From positions 133,825 through 197,824 of IMG/VR virus record IMGVR_UViG_3300045988_163643: a DNA stretch of 64,000 bases; one strand, written 5' to 3'. The DNA comes from a virus. A program made the position numbers and the translations under genes. Shown in pieces: positions 29,949 through 40,047 of this stretch (the stretch's first letter is position 1; each line of letters starts with the position of its first letter). The notes below the pieces were generated by a model. The model was not told the origin of the DNA, did not search any database, and worked only from the letters and a program-made list of their open reading frames with translations.

Positions 29949-32900
29949 GTATGGCGAATACAATAAATTCTACTAATAATCTCACATCCACAAAAATACC
30001 TGAATTATATATTAGATATTTCAATCCTAAACAAAAAGTTAATGAGACGATAAGTATTAAATATTATGTATCTGATAGTACTCAAGCTGAATATTTAAAT
30101 AAAGATGATAGTAAAACTTTTACAACTATTGTTAAAATAAAAGATAAAACATATAATAAAACTACTAAAGCTGGAGAATATTCAATAGATATAGGTTCGA
30201 TTGCTAATACTGGAGAAACTTATTTTAGTATTTATACTATAGATGACAATGGAGTAGCAAGTATTGAACAATTTTTTGATATACTAATAGTTAATGATTC
30301 ATACAATCAAGTGAACAATTATAATATGACAACTGCTGATTTATCTACATATAATATTACTGTTGGTGAAACTGCTAGTATATCACAAGCTAAAGCGAAT
30401 AATACAGGGTTGAATAACTTATTTAAAGCAGTTAAAAATAATGGTCATAATAAGATTACTATGCTAAATAAAGTTTATATGTTAGATTATCATTCTGATA
30501 AAGTAGTTTTACCTGACCATTTTACATTAGATATGAATGGAGCAACATTTAAAGCAACTCAATGTAATGATATTAACGTATCAAATTTAGTAGATTTAAG
30601 AGATTGTTTTGATTCTCATGTTAAAAATGGTAAGTTAATTGGTAACTATGATGGATTTGATTTTGAAGCAACAAAGACTAATACAAATTACAATATACCT
30701 GGTGAAGGTCTTGCAGTTGCTGAAATCAATGGAGCTAAATATTCTTCATTTGAAAATATGGAAATGGGATATTCAGTTGGATACAATTTAGGTGTGTTCG
30801 GTGGTAAACGAGCTGGATATGTAGGAACTCCTGGTAAATTAGCTTTTCCAAACGCATATTATATAAATGACCAAGGTAACACAGTTAGTAGTACTACTAT
30901 GAGTACAACAGAATCAATTGATATTTCAACATTATTAGATAGAGGTGAAATACAATGTAATGTGTACCTAGGTTATGGTGGATTGGCTTTAAATAAGGCA
31001 GAATTGTTTTTCCATTTTTATGATAGTCAATCTGCATATAAAACAACAATAAAATCAAGACAATATCAAGTAGTTAAAATACCAAGTGGTACAAAATATT
31101 TGAGAATTACTGGTTTTACTTCAACTACAACATCATCAGGTATGACAATATGTCATACAGGTGGTGCTACAAATTGTGAGTTAATTAATATAAAATCATA
31201 TAATACAAGAACATGTGCTATGCACCCTGGTATATACAATCATCTATTGATTAAAAATTGTTCATTTAATTATGTTGCTGATGAGAACGAATACAAAGTA
31301 ACAAAATTAGCCTTGGATTTTGAAGATGGATATGAGAACGGTAAAAATTTATTTTTCATAAATAATGAAGTTTATAACGGAACATCTGCCCTAACAATTC
31401 AAAGAGCTTTCAATAGTAATGTTATTAATTGTAGAAACTTTGGATTAGACATTAGAGGGCATATAAAAGGTGGTCTTTTTAAAAATAATTTCTTTAATGA
31501 TGGAAGTATTTATACAACTAGTTTTGAATCTCAATCACATATTAAGTTACACAATAATACATTTTTAAAAGTATTGAAATTTTTAAAATGGGATGATAAG
31601 GGAGATTATAGTACAATAGGTTTAACTAAGTTAGACTGTAAACAAAGTTATCAAAATAATTCTAATATCAATGTAATAATTGATAAAGCAGTTGAAAGTA
31701 GTAATGGAGGAGGAACTACTCCAACTACATTAACTATAAGCAATATTTCAAATATTACACAAACTGCTAACACAGAATTCTATATTCAATATTCAACAAA
31801 TAAAGCAGTAACAAAACATGAGGTATCATGGGATGGTGGAAGCGTGTTTTATGATAAAACTAGTGATGTAACTTCTAGTGGAACAAGTTATAAGTTTAAA
31901 CATGATAACTCAGGTAATGCAGGAACTTATAGAATGGCTATAAGAGTTACTACTTCAAGTGGAGAAACCGTAACAAGTAATGTGTTTACTGTTACTTTAA
32001 CAGATAATACATCTACTATTTATACAATAACTAATAATTTAACATATTGTACTACAAGTAATAGAGCTCAACATATAGATGCCAATACTAAATATTCTGC
32101 CACAATAACTGCTAACTCAGGATATACGTTAAGTACAATTACTGTAATTATGGGTGGCTCAGATGTAACAAGTAGTGTTGTTAATAATAATACTATAACT
32201 ATAAATTCTGTTACAGGAAACGTAGTTATCACTGCTAAAGCTACTGAACAAAGTACTCCTTCTCAAACCATAGGGAATATGACTAATGGAAAAGGCGTAA
32301 ATCAAAGTACTTATATTATAAATGATAATGCAGATTGTTGGGCGACAATTAATCCAGTAACAGTAGAACAAGGTGCTACTTACACATTACAAATGGATGC
32401 AACATGGGTTTGGTGTTATGCTTATGATGATAATGATAAATTTGTTAAAGAGTTATTCACTAGTACAGGTAACAATGATTATAAATATACATTTACTGCA
32501 CCAACTACTAAAATAAGATATGGCTGTTATGACCCTAATAAGTATTTAACATATTGTAATTTAACTAAAACAAGTAGTGGAAGTTCAGATACTTACTATA
32601 CAATTAGATATTATTTACATGATTCTATTAGTTCTAACACAAGTACTTCTATCAAAAAGGGTTCTAGTTATTCTACAACTATCACTCCTAAAAATGGTTA
32701 TAGAGTAAATTCGATATCTTGTATGATGGGTGGTAATGATGTAAGTAATTCAGTTGTTAGTGGTACTGCTGTTAATATACCTAATGTTACAGGTGATGTT
32801 TCTATTCTTGCAGATACAGAAGCAATTGGTGATACAAATACTTACTATACAGTTCATTATCATTTATCTGATTCTAGTAGCACTAACTTAACTACATCTG

Positions 32901-33690
32901 TTAAAGAAGGTTCTAGTTATTCTACTACTATTACTCCTAATAATGGTTATAGAATAAAAACAATATACTGTGTAATGGGTGGTACAGATATAAGTAGTTC
33001 AACTGTTAGTGGTAATAATATTAATATACCTAATGTTACTGGTGAAATTTATATTACTGTTATAACGGAAGCGATTTCTACACCTGAAACTGGTACTATA
33101 GGAAATATGACATATGGAAAAGGTATAAACCAAAGTACCCATGTTATAACTGATAATGCTGAATGTTGGGCAACAGTTAAGGCAGTAACAGTTGAAAAGG
33201 GTGCGACTTACACATTACAAATGGATGGTACTTGGGTATGGGGTTACGCTTTTGATGATAGTGATAATTATGTTAGTGAATTGTTTACAAGTAATGGTAA
33301 TAACAACTACACTTATACATTTACTGCACCTACAACTAAGATAAGATATGGATGTTATGACCCAGGTAAATATTTAACATATTGTAATTTAACTAAAACT
33401 TCAGGTGGTACTGAAACATTAACTATTAGCAATATTTCAAATATTACACAAACTGCTCAAACAGAATTTTATATTGAATATAGTACTAATATAGCAGTAG
33501 CAAAACATGAAGTATCATGGGATGGAGGAAATACATTCTACGATAAAACTAGTGATGTAACTGCTACTGGAACATCATATAAATTTAAGCATGACAATAA
33601 AGCTAGTGCTGGAACTTATAGAATGGCTATAAGAGTTACAACTTCATCAGGTGTTACTAAAACAAGTAATGTATTTACAGTTACTCTTAC
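27861..33690 (+). repeat. module repeats shared within and between the two fibre genes
   Basis: A ~90-aa module occurs at about 27861-28132, 31730-32000 and 33419-33690. TYY modules occur at about 28150-28900 and 32590-33070. A ~105-aa IGNMT.GKG.NQST...CNLTKTS module occurs at about 32270-32580 and 33100-33410. Confidence 0.8.
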
Positions 33691-36058
33691 AAGCACATCT
33701 ACTCCTACACCAGTATACGAATTAGCTGATACAGTATTTGATGGTTCTTCTAAATATGTAGACACTGGAGTAAAACCATTCAAGACTGCAAGTGATTACA
33801 CTATATTCATTGACTTTGATGATTATGGAGCCAGTCAAGGGCAACTGCCATATTTATTCCACTGTGCATATGAGAATGCCGACGGTGACGGATTAAAAGT
33901 ATATTATAATAACGAAGATAATCACTACTATATAATAGGAAATAGACAAAACACTAGCGATGGTACTTATGAATCTAGTTGGACATTAGTTGGTGGTAAA
34001 AATAATAAAATTGCTATAGCAATCTCTAAAGGTGTGGTTAGCCAGATAGTAATAAATGGCTCAGCTGTTGCAGTTACTAAGAATGCATACGACATGAACG
34101 ACTATTCATTAATACTAGGAGCTTATCAGGATGTAGAATGCAATAAGAGCAAATATTGGAAAGGTACAATACATACTTTCAAAGTATGGAATTCAGCTTT
34201 CACAGTAGCTCAACTAAAAGAACTATGTAACTCATCTAGTGGCGGTGGTAGTAACCCAGGCGGTGGCGATAGTGGTTCAAGTGATGCTTATAGACCAGGT
34301 AGAACTCTAATATGGGAAGATGATTTTACTGGCACAACTTTAAATACTGCTAACTGGGATTATGAAAACAACTATAGTAGACCAAATGAAGTTCAAAATT
34401 ATGTGGCAGGAACAAATAACGTATGGGTAGAAAATAGTAATCTTGTTATAAAAGCTAAAAGAGAAAGTTCTAATGGTAAAGAATGGTCAAGTGGTTGTAT
34501 CCATACAGATAACAAACGAGAATTCATGTATGGTAGATTTGAAGCTAAAATTAAGATACCACAAACAATAGGTTCATTCCCAGCATTTTGGACATTAGGA
34601 GGTAACTACGAAGAAGGCAATGGTATTACCTGGCCATACTGTGGTGAGATAGATATCATGGAACACAAACAAGGATATGCTTGGACTACAGCAGGAGCAT
34701 TATATAGAACAGACCTAGTATGGGACAACTGGGATGCGAAAGATTTAGGTAGGGTTGATTCAGGAAACATAGGAAGCTTCGATGATTACCATATCTATGC
34801 TATGGAATGGACTCATGACAAACTAGACTACTATGTAGACGATAGACTTATAGGACACTCAGACATAAGTGATGATAACACATGGTTCATGTTCCACCAA
34901 CCACATTATATACTACTAAATCAAGCTTTAGGTGCCGCCGGTGGTAGTGTTCCTAGCAATATGACTGAATATACTATGTATGTAGACTGGGTTAGAGTTT
35001 ATGCACCAGAAGAGGCACCGAGTGGTGGAGGTACTTCTAACCAAATTTGGTTTGAGGACACAAGTGCTAGACATATGGATAAATGGAGTAAGCTTGGCTT
35101 AATTCTTAAATTCAATGAAAGTTGGACTAATAAAGTAGTTACATGGAAATCTAGTAATACAGACATAGCTACTGTATGTGGCGGTAGAGTGGACTCTAAA
35201 GGAGTTGACGGAAGTTGTATTATAACTGCAACAACACTAGAAGGTAATTCAGCTAGCATAACTGTTAATGTAGGTTCTGGAGGAAGTAGTTCTGATAGTA
35301 CTGAATATGCTACATCATGTACATCAGCTTATATCTTAGATAAAATGTATCCGATGCCACAAAATCACGAAGCACTACCTAGTGGTGTAAATGATACTTG
35401 GGCAACTCAATCTCGTTGGGAAAACCAACAAAGACCTACTGCAATAGCACATAATTGTGGTCAAGCAAATTGTCCAGGTGCAGTAGCATTTAGGGCACTT
35501 GGTGCTTGGGCTAATGTTTATAGAGTTAAAAATTCAGGATTTAGTTCAAATACTGGAGTTGAGATGAGAAACATAAAAGTTTATGGTTGGTATAATGGTC
35601 AATGGGAAAAAGTACAAGATTTAGCAGTTCCTAATGGAAACTTCTACGCTGAAAGTTTCTCAGGTGATAGTAATACATATTTTAGTGATAGTATAAAAAC
35701 AACTAGTACTAGTAAAACTATAATCCTAAGAGAAGCTAATAAGGTTAATGGTGAGAACTGTATGTATCATCCATTTAGTAATATTAAAAACTTTGACACA
35801 AAATATCAATATGTATATACTTGTATAGACTTAAGAAAAGTAAAATGGAATGAAAGTGGTACAGATGATAGAGATAGTTCACATTACTGTGCAAGTTGTG
35901 GTGGCGACTGGTGGCTAGCAGAAGGGTTAACTTTCGATAGCAGTTGGCAACACAACAAAGGTATAGCTCAACCTAAAATAATAGAAATTACAAAAGAGTG
36001 GAGAAGATTCAGTATGACTACTGTTCCACAAAATTGGACAAATGGATTCCCACAATAG
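29951..36058 (+). CDS. multidomain tail-associated glycanase (2,035 aa): beta-helix, Ig-like repeats, LamG-like, GH16, Big_2
   Basis: Parallel beta-helix-like N-terminal part. GH16 signature ...FWTLG...WPYCGEIDIMEH (about 34644-34667). LamG-like block ...SKYWKGTIHTFKVWNSAF. Big_2-like VVTWKSSNTDIATV...ITATTLEGNSASITVNV. Confidence 0.75.
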   Translation: MANTINSTNNLTSTKIPELYIRYFNPKQKVNETISIKYYVSDSTQAEYLNKDDSKTFTTIVKIKDKTYNKTTKAGEYSIDIGSIANTGETYFSIYTIDDNGVASIEQFFDILIVNDSYNQVNNYNMTTADLSTYNITVGETASISQAKANNTGLNNLFKAVKNNGHNKITMLNKVYMLDYHSDKVVLPDHFTLDMNGATFKATQCNDINVSNLVDLRDCFDSHVKNGKLIGNYDGFDFEATKTNTNYNIPGEGLAVAEINGAKYSSFENMEMGYSVGYNLGVFGGKRAGYVGTPGKLAFPNAYYINDQGNTVSSTTMSTTESIDISTLLDRGEIQCNVYLGYGGLALNKAELFFHFYDSQSAYKTTIKSRQYQVVKIPSGTKYLRITGFTSTTTSSGMTICHTGGATNCELINIKSYNTRTCAMHPGIYNHLLIKNCSFNYVADENEYKVTKLALDFEDGYENGKNLFFINNEVYNGTSALTIQRAFNSNVINCRNFGLDIRGHIKGGLFKNNFFNDGSIYTTSFESQSHIKLHNNTFLKVLKFLKWDDKGDYSTIGLTKLDCKQSYQNNSNINVIIDKAVESSNGGGTTPTTLTISNISNITQTANTEFYIQYSTNKAVTKHEVSWDGGSVFYDKTSDVTSSGTSYKFKHDNSGNAGTYRMAIRVTTSSGETVTSNVFTVTLTDNTSTIYTITNNLTYCTTSNRAQHIDANTKYSATITANSGYTLSTITVIMGGSDVTSSVVNNNTITINSVTGNVVITAKATEQSTPSQTIGNMTNGKGVNQSTYIINDNADCWATINPVTVEQGATYTLQMDATWVWCYAYDDNDKFVKELFTSTGNNDYKYTFTAPTTKIRYGCYDPNKYLTYCNLTKTSSGSSDTYYTIRYYLHDSISSNTSTSIKKGSSYSTTITPKNGYRVNSISCMMGGNDVSNSVVSGTAVNIPNVTGDVSILADTEAIGDTNTYYTVHYHLSDSSSTNLTTSVKEGSSYSTTITPNNGYRIKTIYCVMGGTDISSSTVSGNNINIPNVTGEIYITVITEAISTPETGTIGNMTYGKGINQSTHVITDNAECWATVKAVTVEKGATYTLQMDGTWVWGYAFDDSDNYVSELFTSNGNNNYTYTFTAPTTKIRYGCYDPGKYLTYCNLTKTSGGTETLTISNISNITQTAQTEFYIEYSTNIAVAKHEVSWDGGNTFYDKTSDVTATGTSYKFKHDNKASAGTYRMAIRVTTSSGVTKTSNVFTVTLTSTSTPTPVYELADTVFDGSSKYVDTGVKPFKTASDYTIFIDFDDYGASQGQLPYLFHCAYENADGDGLKVYYNNEDNHYYIIGNRQNTSDGTYESSWTLVGGKNNKIAIAISKGVVSQIVINGSAVAVTKNAYDMNDYSLILGAYQDVECNKSKYWKGTIHTFKVWNSAFTVAQLKELCNSSSGGGSNPGGGDSGSSDAYRPGRTLIWEDDFTGTTLNTANWDYENNYSRPNEVQNYVAGTNNVWVENSNLVIKAKRESSNGKEWSSGCIHTDNKREFMYGRFEAKIKIPQTIGSFPAFWTLGGNYEEGNGITWPYCGEIDIMEHKQGYAWTTAGALYRTDLVWDNWDAKDLGRVDSGNIGSFDDYHIYAMEWTHDKLDYYVDDRLIGHSDISDDNTWFMFHQPHYILLNQALGAAGGSVPSNMTEYTMYVDWVRVYAPEEAPSGGGTSNQIWFEDTSARHMDKWSKLGLILKFNESWTNKVVTWKSSNTDIATVCGGRVDSKGVDGSCIITATTLEGNSASITVNVGSGGSSSDSTEYATSCTSAYILDKMYPMPQNHEALPSGVNDTWATQSRWENQQRPTAIAHNCGQANCPGAVAFRALGAWANVYRVKNSGFSSNTGVEMRNIKVYGWYNGQWEKVQDLAVPNGNFYAESFSGDSNTYFSDSIKTTSTSKTIILREANKVNGENCMYHPFSNIKNFDTKYQYVYTCIDLRKVKWNESGTDDRDSSHYCASCGGDWWLAEGLTFDSSWQHNKGIAQPKIIEITKEWRRFSMTTVPQNWTNGFPQ

Positions 36059-36073
36059 GAGAGTGATAAAACA

Positions 36074-37912
36074 ATGAGTAGTTATATAAGTAATTCGTTT
36101 TCAGTATCGGTCAATAGACCGACTACTGGAACAATTGAACCCGTATCAACCGTTAATATATACAAAAATGAAAAAATGTTACAAGCTGTAAGTGGTACAC
36201 CAGGAGACGGAGAGTATAAAGTTACAATAACAAATACAACAAATTGTAGTGCTAGTATAAAATCTGATAATAAAACTATATTATTAAATTCTGTAACAGG
36301 AAATAATGGTACAATAGAAATATCAGTAAATATTGAAAATAAAAAAACATATAGTAAAACTATTTCTGTTGCTAATGTTAATGATACATCTGTTTTAAGT
36401 AGTAATTTTAGTAGAATTGAACAAACTGCTAATAAAATAAGTTGGCTAGTAAAAAGTGGTACTAGTTCAAGTAATATGACATTAACAGATGAAGCACTGG
36501 ATATTATTTCAAAAAATATTAATATTACAGGTACAGTTACTTTTTCTAGTTTAGATAGTTATACTCAAAATAGAATAAATAGTTCATATAATTTGACTTC
36601 AGATTGGTCATATGGAGGAACAACTACAATTAATGGTGCTAAAATACAAACAGGTACAATAACTGCTGACCAAATAAGTGCTAATGCAATTACTGGTAAA
36701 AATATTACAGGTGGTACAATAAATATAGGTAGCGGTACATTTGTAGTTAATAAAAATGGTCAAATCATTGCAAGAACAGAACCTAACTCAAAAGGTCAAT
36801 ATTTGGAAATGAATAGTTCAAGTTATAAAATTTATAATGGTTCTAAAACTGTTGCTATGACTTTAGGTTTTAGAGATGTTACATTTGAGAATGGTAATAC
36901 TTCTACATCAACACCTTGTATATATTTAGGGGCAGATGGTATAAATAATCAAGGTGGTAGTAGTTATACTGCTGGAACAGGTAGATATTTTGGTAGAATA
37001 ATGGCTACTGATAGTCATACTTCAATGTCAAATACTCACGTTGGTGTTCCTTTGATGGAAATAAATTTCAACAGTAGATATACAGATTCTGATACAGGAA
37101 ATGCAATTGCAAGTCAGTTGAGATTTTTTGGTGATGGTGATATGATAATAGCTCCAGTTTGTGACCTTCAAATAAGAACCCATCAAAAAGATAATACGGT
37201 ATCGAAAGGCGGTTCAGAATATGAAGTAGCTTACTTTGCTTCAAGTTCATCTGAATGGTATTCTGGATTTATGAGAACTTATGCTGTGACAAATAATTTT
37301 AATAGTAAAGGTTTGTTCTTAGGAGATTATTATATGAGTTCTTCTGGTAATGGTTATAATTCTAGTCTAGGTGATTTTGTTAGTGCAGTTCTTGTAAAAG
37401 CAGGTAAAACAAGTTCAGGAGACAAAATGAGAACATTTAGACCACATACCGACAATGTTGCCTTATTAGGTACTGGTGGTTATAGATGGGCAAAACTTTA
37501 TTGTGGCAATAGTTCAATAAATACTTCAGATAGAAGATGTAAAACAAACATAAATTATCTTACTTCAGATAATGTAAAGGTTGCAAGTAAACCATTATTT
37601 AATGAAGATGAAATATGGAATTTTGTAAAAGATATTGATTTTGCAACATATAACTTTATAGATAATGAAACAGGAGGAGCTAAAGAAGATAATCAAATAG
37701 GATTTATTTTGCAAGATTTGATTCAAGCTTATCCTGATTTAACCAATTCTTTATTATTGGATAAAGGTAGTTATGATGTAGAAGAGGGTGAAGATGACAC
37801 AATAGTTCCTATGTTAGGATACAATAGTGGAAACTATGTTAATTTATTAGGTTGTGCTTTAAAACAAGCATTACAAAGAATAGAGAAATTAGAAGAACAA
37901 ATAAATAAATAG
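36074..37912 (+). CDS. tail fibre with C-terminal intramolecular chaperone (peptidase S74) domain
   Basis: C-terminus ...SINTSDRRCKTNINYL...IWNFVKDIDFATYNF...IGFILQDLIQ...LGCALKQALQRIEKLEEQINK matches the auto-cleaving S74 chaperone pattern. Confidence 0.75.
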   Translation: MSSYISNSFSVSVNRPTTGTIEPVSTVNIYKNEKMLQAVSGTPGDGEYKVTITNTTNCSASIKSDNKTILLNSVTGNNGTIEISVNIENKKTYSKTISVANVNDTSVLSSNFSRIEQTANKISWLVKSGTSSSNMTLTDEALDIISKNINITGTVTFSSLDSYTQNRINSSYNLTSDWSYGGTTTINGAKIQTGTITADQISANAITGKNITGGTINIGSGTFVVNKNGQIIARTEPNSKGQYLEMNSSSYKIYNGSKTVAMTLGFRDVTFENGNTSTSTPCIYLGADGINNQGGSSYTAGTGRYFGRIMATDSHTSMSNTHVGVPLMEINFNSRYTDSDTGNAIASQLRFFGDGDMIIAPVCDLQIRTHQKDNTVSKGGSEYEVAYFASSSSEWYSGFMRTYAVTNNFNSKGLFLGDYYMSSSGNGYNSSLGDFVSAVLVKAGKTSSGDKMRTFRPHTDNVALLGTGGYRWAKLYCGNSSINTSDRRCKTNINYLTSDNVKVASKPLFNEDEIWNFVKDIDFATYNFIDNETGGAKEDNQIGFILQDLIQAYPDLTNSLLLDKGSYDVEEGEDDTIVPMLGYNSGNYVNLLGCALKQALQRIEKLEEQINK

Positions 37913-37917
37913 ATTAA

Positions 37918-37958
37918 AGTCTTATAAATATAATGTAAAATAAAAATAAAGGAGAGAT
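37918..37958 (+). promoter_or_regulatory. conserved late-gene leader or candidate promoter element
   Basis: AGTCTTATAAATATAATGTAAAATAAAAATAAAGGAG. Compare 486-521 and 19127-19162. Confidence 0.35.
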
Positions 37959-37962
37959 ATTA

Positions 37963-38124
37963 ATGGATATAAAACTTGAAATTGCTTTTCAACAAGCAAT
38001 GGAAGAAATAGCAAATTTAAATCAAAGAGTGATTCTTGAAAAAAGTTTAAGAATACAAGTAGAAGAAGAAAATAAAGAATTAAAAGAAAAAATAGCAAAA
38101 TTAGAAAAAGATAATCCTCAATAA
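37963..38124 (+). CDS. small coiled-coil protein (53 aa), not in the ORF track
   Basis: ATG behind AAAGGAGAG. Translation MDIKLEIAFQQAMEEIANLNQRVILEKSLRIQVEEENKELKEKIAKLEKDNPQ*. Confidence 0.5.
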   Translation: MDIKLEIAFQQAMEEIANLNQRVILEKSLRIQVEEENKELKEKIAKLEKDNPQ

Positions 38125-38148
38125 ATATAAATAAAAGAAGGTGATAGA

Positions 38149-38628
38149 ATGAGTGATAACTTAATAAAAAAACCTTTAACTATTACTATTAATGAAAACA
38201 CTGCTAGTTTAAATGAACCTATGTATTTTTATCAAGAGGATAGATGGATAGATTTTGAATTCACTATAGCAGATGTAAAGTATAAATTTAATGAATACAG
38301 TGGTAATATATTAATTGAATCTAGTGCTTCTTATGCAGTAATTAAAGTATTAAAACCAAATGGTGATAAATTTATGACTGATAAATTACCAATACAAAAT
38401 AATAAAGTTATACTTTCTATAACAGATGAATTCGCTGATGAATGCGAAGAATGTGGAATTCACACAATGCAAATACATTTATATGATGATGAAAGAAATG
38501 ATTCAACAGGAAAAAAAATACAAGGTAGAGTTACTATTCCACCTGTAAATTTTGAAGTATATGAACCTATATTCCATGATGATAAAAGTATAGCAACTGT
38601 TTCTTGTGTAAGAGCAGATGATGAATAA
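38149..38628 (+). CDS. BppU-N-like baseplate protein (short paralogue)
   Basis: 159 aa. The N-terminal ~150 aa are collinear with the next ORF (LTITINENTASLNEPMYFYQEDRWIDFEF...IPPVNFEVYEPIF). Confidence 0.55.
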   Translation: MSDNLIKKPLTITINENTASLNEPMYFYQEDRWIDFEFTIADVKYKFNEYSGNILIESSASYAVIKVLKPNGDKFMTDKLPIQNNKVILSITDEFADECEECGIHTMQIHLYDDERNDSTGKKIQGRVTIPPVNFEVYEPIFHDDKSIATVSCVRADDE

Positions 38629-40031
38629 TGGCTGAAAATTATATTACAAAAAATATTATTGTTACTATAAATGGAACTACTGCACAATTAGATGAACCAC
38701 TATATTTATATCAGCGTGATAAAAATATAGATATATATTTTTTAATAAGGAATTTTAAATATGACTTTGTAAAAGGTACTCAAGAAATAATTAATATTGT
38801 TGAAAAAACAAATGCTAGTTATGCAACAATAAGAGTATTAAAACCTGAAATTTATGCAACAAAAATTGGAGAAGACGGTAAACCTCTTGGAGAAAATGGT
38901 AGAAAATTTATTAGTGACGAACCAATACCGGTTGTAGATGGAAAAGTTTTATTTACTATTACAGAAAGTTTTATAGATGAAGTAGAAGAAATAGGAAATT
39001 ATCAACTTCAAATTTCTTTATGGGATGAAAATCGAGGTGGTAAAATTACAATACCACCTATTCCTTTTGAAGTTTTAAAACCTATATTTCCAGATGAATA
39101 TGCTGAAAAATTTATACCAGGACAAATAGATATAACTAAAATAGGAATGTCAAGAATAGTTAATGATGATTATGTTATTAGTGGTAATAAAGGTAATGAA
39201 ATTAGTGCTATGGCTTTACGAGAAGACAGTGGTTTAGAAGAATGGAAATATGGACAAATAATTTCAGCTACAAGAATGAATGCTATAACATCTAATTTAA
39301 ATGATATATGGACTGAATTAAAAGAATTAGGCAAATCTATCGATATAAATGCTTCTAATGTAAAATACGATAATGCTTTATATCCAACTGTATCAAAAGC
39401 TTTAGATAAATTACTGTATATAAATTTAGCAATATCTAATTTTTCAGTAAAATTAGATGAAGCTTATTCTAATAATATCATTTGGGAATTAGGAAAAACT
39501 TTTAGTTTACCAATAATTATTAATTGGAGTTATAATAAAACAATGGAAGAAATAACAAATCAAACTCTAACACTTCCAAAAAGTGGAGTAATTAGCAATC
39601 TTGAAAAATCTTTAACATATACTTGCAACGATACAATAAATGGAAATGATAATTGTTCTTTTAAAATAACGGCTACCGATGGTAAAGAAACTATAAGTAG
39701 AACAATAACACTTACTTATTGTAATAAAATTTATTGGGGTACTTCAAGTAATACAACTTTTAACAATGATTTTATTTCTACTTTAAAAAACAGTACATTA
39801 AGCAATAATATAAAACGAACTATAAATGTTAATGCCACATCTGATGAATATATTTACTATGCTTTTCCCACAAGATTAGGAACTCCTGTATTTAAAGTTG
39901 GAGGATTTGAAGGTGGATTTAATAAAGTTAGCACAATCTACTTTACTAATTCTTATAATTATGTTGAAAAATATGATATTTATAAAAGTACAAATGCAGG
40001 ATTGGGAAATACGACGGTAGATATATCTTAG
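38628..40031 (+). CDS. BppU-like baseplate/fibre protein (467 aa)
   Basis: TAATG overlap with the previous ORF. Homologous N-domain (IIVTINGTTAQLDEPLYLYQRDKNIDIYF...IPPIPFEVLKPIF) plus a C-terminal extension. Confidence 0.6.
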   Translation: MAENYITKNIIVTINGTTAQLDEPLYLYQRDKNIDIYFLIRNFKYDFVKGTQEIINIVEKTNASYATIRVLKPEIYATKIGEDGKPLGENGRKFISDEPIPVVDGKVLFTITESFIDEVEEIGNYQLQISLWDENRGGKITIPPIPFEVLKPIFPDEYAEKFIPGQIDITKIGMSRIVNDDYVISGNKGNEISAMALREDSGLEEWKYGQIISATRMNAITSNLNDIWTELKELGKSIDINASNVKYDNALYPTVSKALDKLLYINLAISNFSVKLDEAYSNNIIWELGKTFSLPIIINWSYNKTMEEITNQTLTLPKSGVISNLEKSLTYTCNDTINGNDNCSFKITATDGKETISRTITLTYCNKIYWGTSSNTTFNNDFISTLKNSTLSNNIKRTINVNATSDEYIYYAFPTRLGTPVFKVGGFEGGFNKVSTIYFTNSYNYVEKYDIYKSTNAGLGNTTVDIS

Positions 40032-40047
40032 TAAAGGTGGTGATTTT

